Source of the DNA: Chiloscyllium plagiosum
Lineage: Eukaryota
Length of the DNA: 64,000 nucleotides
NCBI RefSeq assembly: GCF_004010195.1
Contig: NC_057750.1
Span: forward strand, 15,370,537-15,434,536
Reading direction: 5' to 3'
A model generated the notes under the pieces. That model worked only from the letters and a program-made list of their open reading frames with translations, was not told where the DNA came from and ran no database searches. Position numbers and translations under genes: made by a program. Of the stretch, positions 39,284-49,648 are shown piece by piece. How positions within the stretch are numbered: the stretch's first letter is position 1; every line of letters begins with the position of its first letter.

Positions 39284-39488
39284 CCTGATGCCTTCTATCC
39301 TGAATCCAAGTGTTGCAGTTGAACTGAGTGTCTCCCGCCACTGCATGTAACGTGGCTTCAGGACAGCTTTCTGCTCATGCTCCTCCTGCGTGGGGGCATT
39401 TGGATCCACTGCGATCATCTTCTCATACATGTCTTTCCGCAGTTTGGGCTTCTCACGAGCTTTGGTTAACTCTTCCTCAAGGTATGTC
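39284..39488 (-). CDS. ITPKC: ITPKC-like exon 4 (205 bp): [69 protein letters not shown]
   Basis: IP3-binding lobe motifs [24 protein letters not shown]. Acceptor tttttaag, donor GTAGGT. Confidence 0.95.
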
Positions 39489-39629
39489 CTTAAAAAGAAA
39501 AGTTGAGTTCCAGTTAGAAAAACGTGAGGGCTAAACCAAAAAACATCACTATTTGTAAATATGGTTACTGTACACACTGTCCAGTTCAGCTCTCTCCTTC
39601 ACCTCTTAATCCACATCCTCCAGCAACAC

Positions 39630-40464
39630 AGTCTGCCTGAGAGAGTGCGCGCGCGCGAGTGCATGTCTGCCTGCCTGAGAGTGTGTGCACGCGTGGGTGC
39701 ATGTCTCCCTGCCTGAGAGAGTGTGCACGCGCGGGTGCATGACTCCCTGCCTGAGAGAGTGTGCACACGCGGGTGCATGTCTCCCTGCCTGAGGGTGTGC
39801 GCGCGCGCGCGCGTGCATGTCTCCCTGCCTGAGAGTGTGCGCGCGCGCGTGCATGTCTCCCTGCCCGAGAGTGTGCATGCGCGTGTGCATGTCTCCCTGC
39901 CAGAGAGTGTGCGCGCGCGCGTGCATGTCGCCCTGCCTGAGAGTGTGCGCGCGCGCGTGCATGTCGCCCTGCCTGAGAGTGTGCGCGCGCGCGTGATTGT
40001 CTGCTTGCCTGAGAGTGTGTGCGCGCGCGCGTGCATGTCTCCCAGCCTGAGAGTGTACGCGCACATGCATGTCTGTCTGTCTGTCTGCGAGAGTGTGTGC
40101 GCGCGTGTGCATGTCTGCCTGCCTGAGAGTGTGCGCGCGCATGTCTCCCTGACTGAGAGTGTGCACGCGCATGCATGTCTGTCTGCCTGAGAGAGAGTGT
40201 GCGCGCGCGCATGCATGTCTCCCTGCCTGAGTGTGTGCGCGTGAGCATGCATGTCTGTCTGCCTGAGAGAGAGTGTGCGCGCGCGCGCATGCATGTCTCC
40301 CTGCCCGAGTGTGTGCGCGTGAGCATGCATGTCTGCCTGCCTGAGTGTGCGCGCGCGCGCGGGTGCATGTCTGCCTGCCAGAGAGTGTGCGCGCGCGCGT
40401 GCATGTCACCCTGCCTGAGAGTGTGCGTGTGAGCGTGCATGTCTGCCTGCCTGAGAGTGTGTGC
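39630..40464. repeat. CpG-rich minisatellite, ~32-40 bp unit (gcatgtctccctgcctgagagtgtgcgcgcgcgcgt)
   Basis: More than 20 variant units running into an assembly gap. Confidence 0.95.
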
Positions 40465-40964
40465 NNNNNNNNNNNNNNNNNNNNNNNNNNNNNNNNNNNN
40501 NNNNNNNNNNNNNNNNNNNNNNNNNNNNNNNNNNNNNNNNNNNNNNNNNNNNNNNNNNNNNNNNNNNNNNNNNNNNNNNNNNNNNNNNNNNNNNNNNNNN
40601 NNNNNNNNNNNNNNNNNNNNNNNNNNNNNNNNNNNNNNNNNNNNNNNNNNNNNNNNNNNNNNNNNNNNNNNNNNNNNNNNNNNNNNNNNNNNNNNNNNNN
40701 NNNNNNNNNNNNNNNNNNNNNNNNNNNNNNNNNNNNNNNNNNNNNNNNNNNNNNNNNNNNNNNNNNNNNNNNNNNNNNNNNNNNNNNNNNNNNNNNNNNN
40801 NNNNNNNNNNNNNNNNNNNNNNNNNNNNNNNNNNNNNNNNNNNNNNNNNNNNNNNNNNNNNNNNNNNNNNNNNNNNNNNNNNNNNNNNNNNNNNNNNNNN
40901 NNNNNNNNNNNNNNNNNNNNNNNNNNNNNNNNNNNNNNNNNNNNNNNNNNNNNNNNNNNNNNNN
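40465..40964. other. Assembly gap (500 N)
   Basis: Run of N. Confidence 1.
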
Positions 40965-42168
40965 CACTCTATAATTTCCAAAATACATCACCTCACATTG
41001 TCTGAATTTTACTCCATTTGCCATTTTTCTGCCCATGTCTCCAACTGATCTATATCCTGTTGTATCCTCTGACAATCCTCCTCCCTATCTACAACACCAC
41101 CAATCTTCGTATTGTCCACAACCTTACTAATTAGACCAGCTACATTTTCCTCCAAATCATTTATGTAGACCACGAATAGCGAGGTTCTAGCACTGATCTC
41201 TTTGGAACGCCACAAGATACAACTCCCCATTCCAAAAACCATCATTCCACCGCAACTCTCTGTCTCCTATGACTCAGCCAGTTCTGTATCCATCTTGTCA
41301 GCTCATGCCAATACCATGTGACTTCACCATCTGTACCAGTCTACCAGTTGGAACTTGTCAAAATCCAGTGGACAAGATCAACTGCTTTTGCCTCATCAAT
41401 CATCTTTGTCACCTCCTCAAAAACACTCGATCAAATTAGTGAGGCACGACCTCCCCCACACAAAACCATGCTGTCTATCACTAATCAATCCATTTGCTTC
41501 TAAATGCACATAGATCTTGTCCCTAAGAATCTTTCCCAATAACTTCCCTACCACTGACATGAGACTGACAGACCAATTATTTCCAAGATTATTCCTGTTG
41601 CCCTTCTTAAACAATGGGACAACATTGACTATTCTCCAGCCCTCTGGGAGATCACCTGAGGCCAAAGGGGATGCAAAGATGTCTGTTAATGCTCCAGCAA
41701 TTTGTTCTCTTGCCTCCCTCAATATTCTGAGATAGATCCCATCAGGACCCAGGGACTTAACTACCTTAACACCTCTTCCTTTTTAATAACAACTTGGCTT
41801 AGAGATTCGACACTTCCTTCCCTGAGATTATCCTCCTCCAATGCCTTCTCTTCATTCAGGACATCACCTACCTCTTGAGGCTCCACACTCAGATTCCCTT
41901 CTTTGTCCTCAAGTGGGCCAACCCTTTCCCTGGCTACCCCCCTTGCTTTTTATATATGTACAACAAGCCCTGGGGTTCTCCTTCATCCTGTCTACTAAAG
42001 ACTTTTCATGACCCCTTTTAGCCCTTCTAATTCCTTGTTTAAGTTCTTTCTCACTTTCCTGATATACTACAAGGGCTTCGTCAATTCTCATCTACCTCGG
42101 CCTTACGTATGCTTCCCTTTTCTTCTTGTCCAATGTCATAACTTCGCTGGTCATCCAAAGTTCATGTA

Positions 42169-42704
42169 GTTGTAGTTCTGTTCACCGAGCTGGGAATTTG
42201 TGTTGCAGACGTTTCGTCCCCTGTCTAGGTGACATCCTCAGTGCTTGGTAGCCTCCTGTGAAGCGCTTCTGTGATCTTTCCTCCGGCATTTGTAGTGGTT
42301 TGAATCTGCCGCTTCCGGTGTCAGTTCCAGCTGTCCGTTGCAGTGGCCGGTATATTGGGTCCAGGTCGATGTGCTTATTGATTGAATCTGTGGATGAGTG
42401 CCATGCCTCTAGGAATTCCCTGGCTGTTCTCTGGCACTCATCCACTGATTCAATCAATAAACACATTGACCTGGACCCAATATAACGGCCACTGTAACGG
42501 ACAGCTGGAACTGACAACCGGAAGCGGCAGGTACAAATCACTATAAATGGCGGAGGAAAGATCACAGAAGCACTTCACAGGAGGCTCCCAAGCACCAAGG
42601 ATGTCACCTAGACAGGGGACGAAACATCTGCAACACAAATTTCCAGCTCGGCGAACAGAACCACAACAACAAGCACCCAAGCTACAAATCTTTTCACAAA
42701 CTTT
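42169..42704. mobile_element. Fold-back Penelope 3' element nested in CR1, 12-bp TSD
   Basis: REFLEAWHSSTDSINKHIDLDPIY-type sequence on both strands. aaagttcatgta at 42157-42168 and 42705-42716. Confidence 0.9.
42205..42244 (-). ncRNA. Hammerhead ribozyme motif of a Penelope element
   Basis: GCA-CTGAGGA-T-GTCACC-TAGACA-GGGGAC-GAAAC-GTC-TGC. Confidence 0.65.
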
Positions 42705-43199
42705 AAAGTTCATGTAACTTGCCAGTAATGCAATTCCCCCACCCCTTTTATATTCCTTTTTATTACACCTGAAACATCTAAATCGTGGGACAATCAACTG
42801 CTCGTCCTGTCCCTCTTTTGGCCAAGTCTCCATATTCGCAATAATGTCATAGTTCAAAGTACTAACTAAAGCTCTGAGTTCATCTGCCTTGCCTATTATA
42901 CTTCTCGCATTGAAACACATGCATTTCAGAGACCACCTCCCCTGCTTTTTCCAGCAGCGTTTCCCTGCCTGTTCATGTTCTTGGTCGTGTTTGCCTTGTT
43001 TTCTACCTTGTCCTCAATTTCTGCATCTACTGCCCTACTCCTCTGGTTCCCACCAAACTAGTTTAAACCCTCCCAACTACTTGGCCAAGTAGCCCCAACT
43101 CAAAGGACATCAGATGTAACCTGCCCACTTTGTACAGGTCCCAGTTTTTAGTTCAAGACTCAGAGCATGAACACCCAGAGTGATAACAGGGTAACTTAC

Positions 43200-43416
43200 C
43201 GCACACCCATCTTACAATCCATGATTGAGGGTGAGTCAAACTCTGATAACAGGTCGTCCATCTGGTTATAGCTGTCTCCATCTTTGTCCACCACTCCATA
43301 ATATCCTGGCACATAGGGGCGCAGTAAAGAATCCTTCATCAAGGATTCCAAACACTGATGCTCGCATTCACAGTACTTCTTCAGGATCTTACCATAATCT
43401 CCAGCTTTAAAATTAC
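43200..43416 (-). CDS. ITPKC: ITPKC-like exon 3 (217 bp): [72 protein letters not shown](R)
   Basis: Contains the IPK-family PxxxDxKxG motif (PSIMDCKMG). Acceptor tttcag, donor GTAAGT. Phases consistent with neighbours. Confidence 0.95.
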
Positions 43417-43689
43417 CTGAAATAAAAACAGCAGCTTTGTGAAACACCATTATTCATCCTTCAACTGTTCACATTTCTGCTGCCGTCTAACTCACTCCAA
43501 TATCCTAACCTCAACCAGCCCCCAGATTATTCTCACAGACAGGGCTTGACCTGTGAGGGACAGCTCTTGAAAGTGGAAAAGGGGTCTGCTATTGATCTTC
43601 TCCCACTGCAAAGGGACTGTAAATTCCTGTCAAATACAACTAGACTAATTACATTTGAGGCTCAAGTGTGTGGCAGTCCCAATCCTGAA

Positions 43690-44050
43690 ACAGAAGTTGG
43701 TGACTTCAAATACTATTCCAGAGAGACACAAAATCTAGGCTGATGCTCTCGTGCAGCACTGAGAAAGTGCTATCTGGTCAACGTTCCTTCCTCTGAACAA
43801 GACATTAAACCAGGGTCGCAGCTGCCTTCTGTTGCAAACGCGTCACATCTCATTCCTCATTCCAAATACAAGCAAGGAGTTCTTCCCAGTCAATATTTAT
43901 GCCTCAACCAATAGTTTATCTGATCCCCATCATATTGCTGTTCGGAGGATTGCACTGTGCAGAAAGTGGCTAACTCATTTCTTGTCTATCACAATTGGTG
44001 TATTCATTGGGTGTAAAGTACTTTGGGGTATGCTGAGAGCATGAAAGGTA
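43690..44050 (+). mobile_element. Ancient DeuSINE-like (SacSINE1/AmnSINE-type) remnant
   Basis: aatctaggctgatgctctcgtgcagcactgagaaagtgct...agacattaaaccaggg resembles the Deu domain as recalled. Tail gtaaagtactttgggg. Confidence 0.5.
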
Positions 44051-44772
44051 TCACCTTATTGTTAGCTTTCCCTCTGATGACAACCAAAGGAGTAAAAGCC
44101 CTTCAGCAATGTGAAATTCCACCTTTACAGCATATCTTCACAGGGAGATTACACAAGGATAAAAGCTTCACTGTTCTGGAGCTAGCTTAATCATTGGTGC
44201 TAGCTTAATCATTGATGCTTACAATGGGCAGCCTACTCTTATAGAACCCTGGTTACTCTCCTGACAGAAGTTTACAAGGTCATAGGACGTAATCAATCGA
44301 ATCCCGGTGTGGTCAATCTCATCCATCAATTTCTACTTTCGATTTGCATCTAACTCTGCCTCTTATTGGTACAACTCTACAGTGCCTAATGAGATATCAC
44401 ATGCTTTAACCAACAGCTGAAGAATATTGCCAACCTGTTTGATCACAAGGAACGTCAATAGGTCTAAGTCTAACCTGACACAAGCCGAGTCTCCATTTCG
44501 AGCTAATGAACACTGATCAGGAGTGGAAATCAGAGACAGTGCATTGATTCCTCTCTCCTCAATCTACTCCAATTAATCCAACAATGCATCTCTCCCAATG
44601 GTACCCAAGTTGCAGTCAAACAAACTGGATATGGAGAGTCATCACTGTTTGCACCGCCCCAAGGGGAACTGGCCAATGAGCTATTAGGAGAGCTAAAGCT
44701 ACTTTCTAGTGCCAGCCATTCTCCTAATTAACGGAGCTACCCACTGACAGAGAATGTTCAGGGTGAGGTTAC

Positions 44773-44872
44773 CTGCATGTCCTGCTAATTGTACCCACGG
44801 ATAGCGCTTCTTGAAGGAGACAACAAATGGGGACCAGTGCACCATAGTCTTCAGCTTTTTCCACGACTTATT
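44773..44872 (-). CDS. ITPKC: Inositol-trisphosphate 3-kinase C-like, coding exon (likely exon 2, 100 bp): [33 protein letters not shown](G), calmodulin-binding region/start of kinase domain
   Basis: Translation matches the IP3 3-kinase motif WKK-K...WVQLAGH-G. Acceptor ctttgcag at 44880-44873, donor GTAACC at 44772. Ends in phase 1 and joins the next exon in frame. Confidence 0.93.
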
Positions 44873-46249
44873 CTGCAAAGGAAAACACCAATTAAACAAA
44901 AATAGAATTACAAGATCTGGAGTGACCCTCTACCACACTACCTCATCCCAAGGTCACTAAGACCCACCCACTTCCCGGTTCCCCCACCACCCGAAAACCT
45001 TGTACACCTGAACCGCCTCACAAATCACTAACAATACCTCCCCCTGCAAAAACTGTTGATGTACCTGTCCCACCCTGAAAGCCATCAGCATCCCTAGCAT
45101 ACTCAGAAACACTTCCCCCACCCAACTCCTCTTTATTTTTTAATTCATTCATGGGATGTGGGGATCGCTGGCTATGCCAAAATTTATTGCCCACCCCTAG
45201 TTTCCTTTGAAGTGGTGATGAGCTGCCTTCTTGAACCACTGCAGTCCATTTGGTGTAGGTACCCCTCTGTTCGAGATAGGGTTCCAATGGGTGAACTCAG
45301 ATGATAACGATAACAACTTGATCTTATTCAATGGTACCCGAGTGTTTATGACAAGAGTGAAACAGAATTTAACACAGGGCTAGAGAGACAGAGATAAGGA
45401 CAAATGGCCATTGCTTGCCTAAATAAGTTGGATTGAAAGAACACTTTAATGGAAGACAGAGCTGGGGAGATTTAGCAATAGATAGATCGAGCGTTGGTTG
45501 AGGCATCTGAAAGTTATTCCACCAGTTCTACTTATCACTTCAGCCCTGAGTAATTAGTTTACTCTGCATCAAGTGAGTGACCTCAACGCTGGAGCAAAGA
45601 AAATCTGGGTACGCAAAAGGTCAGAATTGGAGGAGCACTTTGATCTTAGAGGGTTACATGGGGTTGCAGGAGGTTTATTTATGTATAGGAGCAAGTGAGG
45701 AATGCCGATGTTGGAGATCAAAGTCGAGAGTGTGGTGCTGGAAAAGCACAGCAGGTCAGGCAGCTTCCAAGGAGCAGGAGAATCAACATTTCGGGCATAA
45801 GCCATACATAAAGATTTACTGATGTATGTGTATTGGGGGGAAAAAAGTGTATATCTGGCATCGAATCATATAAAAACAAGATGAGACTTAAAGCTTTTGT
45901 AAGAAACCTTTACTATTAACAAATCAATCTGACATAATTGTCAGTGACAAGCAGTCCTATATGCATTTATGGACACTGCTGAAGTTAATGCTCCTCAATC
46001 TTCCGCAAACTTCAACACTCTCTTGGAACATTCCCCTACCTTATAAACAAGGGCTACACAAATAGCAGGGAAGCCATGAGTGTTTATAATGAATGCTTAT
46101 AGCCTGTGAACATTTGTTTTGAAGACATCTGCAATCAATGTCACAGCTAAAAATTGTGCATTCCCTTGTGGTCTGAACTCATTTAAACCTTTCCAGCATT
46201 GTCTAAGCTCAAAGGTAAACACAGCTTCTTACTCAAGCTGCAGCTTCAC

Positions 46250-47180
46250 TATTGGAAAGCCAAACACATGCAGCAATTCTCAAGAGGGTCCCCCTTGTCC
46301 TCACTTTCCACCCCACTAGTCTACGCATCCAATATATCACACTTAAACACTTCCGCCAATTCCAACTAGACCCCACCACCAAGAACATTTCCCCTCCCCA
46401 CGCGTCTTTGCCTTCTGCAAGGACCGTTCCATTCGCCATTCCTTTGTTCGCACGACTCTCCCCACTGGTACCTTCCCCTACAACTGTAAGAGATGTAAAA
46501 CCTGCTGGCACACCAAGCCCTCCCCGCTCCCCCATTTCCACCCAGGACCCCAACCAGACCTTCCAGGTGAGACAGAAGTTCACCTGCGTCTCCTCCAACC
46601 TAGTTTAGTGTATCCCATGCTGCTGATTTGGTCTTCTCTACATAGGGGAGACCGAACGTTAACTAAGGGCACGTTTCCCCAGCAGCTCAGCTGGGCCCAT
46701 AAGGGCCAGCCTGACCTCCTGGTCGCTGCCCATTCCCCTTCCCACACCTCTCTTCAACATGTCCATCCTTGGTCTCCTCCATTGCCACAATGAATCAGAC
46801 AGCAAATTTGAAGAACACCACCCCATCTTCCGCCTGGACAGCCTACAGCCCAGGACTCAACATAAAGTTCTCCAATTTCAAATAACCTTCCCACCCATCC
46901 CCCGACTCCCTTTCCAATCCTGTCTCCTCCCTTCCATCCCAATAACTAACCGGATTCATTCTTCCTTGCGACCAACCAGGTCATACCCACCAACTGTATT
47001 GACCTATCACTACCTCACCATTCTGTCCCTCTCCCCACCATAACCCTTTCCCCTCCACCTCCCCCCCCCCAACCCCAAGCTCCATTCCTGAAGATGATTC
47101 ATAGCCAAAACGTCGACTTCTCCCAACTCCTGATGCTGCCTGCTTGTCTACTTTGGATTCCAGCATCTGCAGTTTTTTTT
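46250..47180 (+). mobile_element. Penelope-like element 3' part (GIY-YIG endonuclease and terminal repeat)
   Basis: RVPLVLTFHPTS...FRQFQLDPTT, FQVRQKFTCVSSNLV, LYIGET. Terminal cctgaagatgattcatagccaaaacgtcgac. Confidence 0.85.
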
Positions 47181-49569
47181 GTCACTAATGCATCTCATCC
47201 CAGCACGACCTCACACAGAGGTCTGGATATGATGCTGTGCATTCCCATGAATCTGACTTCAGCCAACTCATTCCCCTTTGTGCGAGTGTCCAAAACAATA
47301 CACACACAACTTCCCATATCCAATGTGGGCAGCCCTCAACATATACATGCTCTCACAGCCTCACAGGGAGGCTACCACATAGTGCAGGATGAGGGAGTTA
47401 CTGTTGTGGTGCGATCTTACTTAGAAATGTGCATTTATTCTGCACTAAATTACATTGAACTGTGCAATCGACAAATATTTGTGTTCCATCATTTAGTTCC
47501 TCCAATATTAGTTAACCATAATTTTGTACCAACTGCAAATATTGATAATCTCTTCACACTGGAGTCCAGATTATTTAAATAAAGTCGAAAGAGTTCAATA
47601 TTAATCCATGTCAGAATACTGACCAGGAAATTTCAACCTTTCAGTCACCACAAATGAATGTCCTTTAAGCAGTTCCTATTCCTGCTACTTGGTGCCTTAA
47701 CCTCCATCCATGAACACTCTACTCCTCTCCCCACTGTCTACCCGGGACTGCTGTGCTGCATTCTACCCAGTAACTGACAAGTCCAGAATCCACTAAGTCA
47801 TTCCCTCAAAGCTGCTTTGTTAAAATGTTTTGTTGAACGTGTGACCCCAGTTTGGAGTCTCACCCCTTTTGATTGTGCAGTGATCCTGGAGGCACATGTG
47901 TGGGCATTGGAGTTCAGAGTCAGCTCAGCTGGAACATCAAGTGAACAAACTATCTTTTGACATGGAATGATCAGAGGTTGTCTTTTCAGCTGCCTGGGCC
48001 CCAAACACTGGAATTCCCTTCTTAAACAGCCACCTCTCCACCTTTCAGACACTCAAACCTCTTTCATCAACCAAAACCTTGGGTTGCCTCTCCTAATACT
48101 TGACATACCTTGGTGTCAAATCTTCTTTGTTAACACCCTTGTGAACTGTTGCTGGGATGTGTTTGGGTATAATGAAGTTGTTGTGTACTTTTAAGTTGGA
48201 TGAGATACTGAGGATCTCTGATAGCTGAATCCGATGGTTTACTCAGTTCAATTAACAACCCACTCTATAACTCCACAGGTTCCGTGACCAACCAGTTCTC
48301 CACAAAGGGCAGCCCTGTTAGTTCGTCCACAGGAGTTTGCCTGAATAGGTCAGCCTGTTTCACAAACAACTGAGACATGCAGTACTTGCACATATCGGGG
48401 TTCCCCGACATTCGAACACTTATGAATGTGATCTTGTGAACTGCTCTGTATTTTAACAAAGTCAGGTCTACAGGATCTGGCTGGGTGCCAACTGTCATGA
48501 CGTCCTTAGCTGCTAGCGCTCAGAACATTGCTTATTTCATTGTGTGAACAGCCCTCAGATTGCAGATCTACTGCTGATATTGTGCAGTAGAGAAGGAATG
48601 TTTCATCCACGTGAGCTCAGGCCTTTAGGAGCCACAACTATTCCTTTGTTGAGAAGACAAGCAATGAACTGGAACATGTTGACAACATAGCATTCCTTTG
48701 TTGGGTGGTATGGTGCTTTGCTTGCACCTCAGGCAGCAGTCTTCTTCCTGCGACACTGTACAAAAAGTGAGACTGAGGAAGGTTTTGCTCCCTTGGTACC
48801 CCAAAAAAGGGTATGTTAGTAACTGTGCTACACAAACAAGACCATCTCAACAAAACTGCATTTAAATAACACCTTTAACATACCAAAATGTTCACACACA
48901 AGCATCATCAATATTCAAACTCACAAGGCCTCTTAGGGCAGAAGATGTAAAGTCCATCTAAAAGACAAGTTTTAATGACTATCTTAAAAAAGGAAAGAGT
49001 GGCAAGATAAATTAGGGAGGAGACTTTCAGACCTTAAAGCCTTGGCAGGCAGAGGCACACTCACTGCAGTGGAGTTACAATTGGGAATGTTCAAGACCAC
49101 AATCTAGGAGCGCAAATGTCACAACGTTTCAGGGTTAGAGGAGATTAGTGAAAAAGAGGTGAGGCTAGTGATTCCTCTTATCTTTCTGGTAGCATGGGCC
49201 TCCAAGATCTGTGCATGGTAGCGACTTCTGGTGTCAAAATTGGCATACCAATCATCACACGTAGAACCTTGGAGTGGTTGCACATGTATGCAACTTCGAG
49301 GGAAGGTTGGGTGAGACCAGGATGTGAATTGTAAAAGAGACATCAATTGATCACCGAGGAACCACCATAGGTCAACGAAGGCAAGTGTGAAAGAGCCAGT
49401 GAAAGCAGATGGAGAGCAAAGGACACCGACGAAAAGAGGGAACAAGGTATGCAGGTGGAAAACAAAATAAAAGAAGGAAGCAAGAGAAGCGACAGCAGGT
49501 AAGGAGGATCATCTAGAATTGCTAGTCGTCATCACTATCCCGTTCCCTGTGCTGACTAAGTGAACCTCA

Positions 49570-49648
49570 CTGCTGCCTGAATTGCTGTGTTCTTCCAGCA
49601 CCACTAATCCAGAATCTGGTTTCCAGCATCTGCAGTTATTGTTTTTAC
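49570..49648 (+). mobile_element. 79-bp Penelope terminal fragment with 14-bp TSD
   Basis: ctaagtgaacctca at 49556-49569 and 49649-49662. Confidence 0.8.

Larger units (their letters stand above)
40965..43145 (-). mobile_element. Decayed CR1 LINE (endonuclease to RT)
   Basis: CFNARSIIGKADEL (APE), WRIVNVVPLFKKG...QHGFVWGRSCLTNLIE, VYINDL...DNTKIGG. Confidence 0.9.

Noticed and set aside
39630..40464. CRISPR-like repeat/spacer periodicity
   Set aside because: No unique spacers, no cas genes, vertebrate intron context.
39586..41075. Long His/Arg/Ala/Thr-rich ORFs (243-489 aa)
   Set aside because: Stop-free translation of the minisatellite plus an N gap, open in several frames on both strands.
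44181..44214. Tandem 16-bp duplication gctagcttaatcattg
   Set aside because: Ordinary slippage-type micro-duplication with no further structure.
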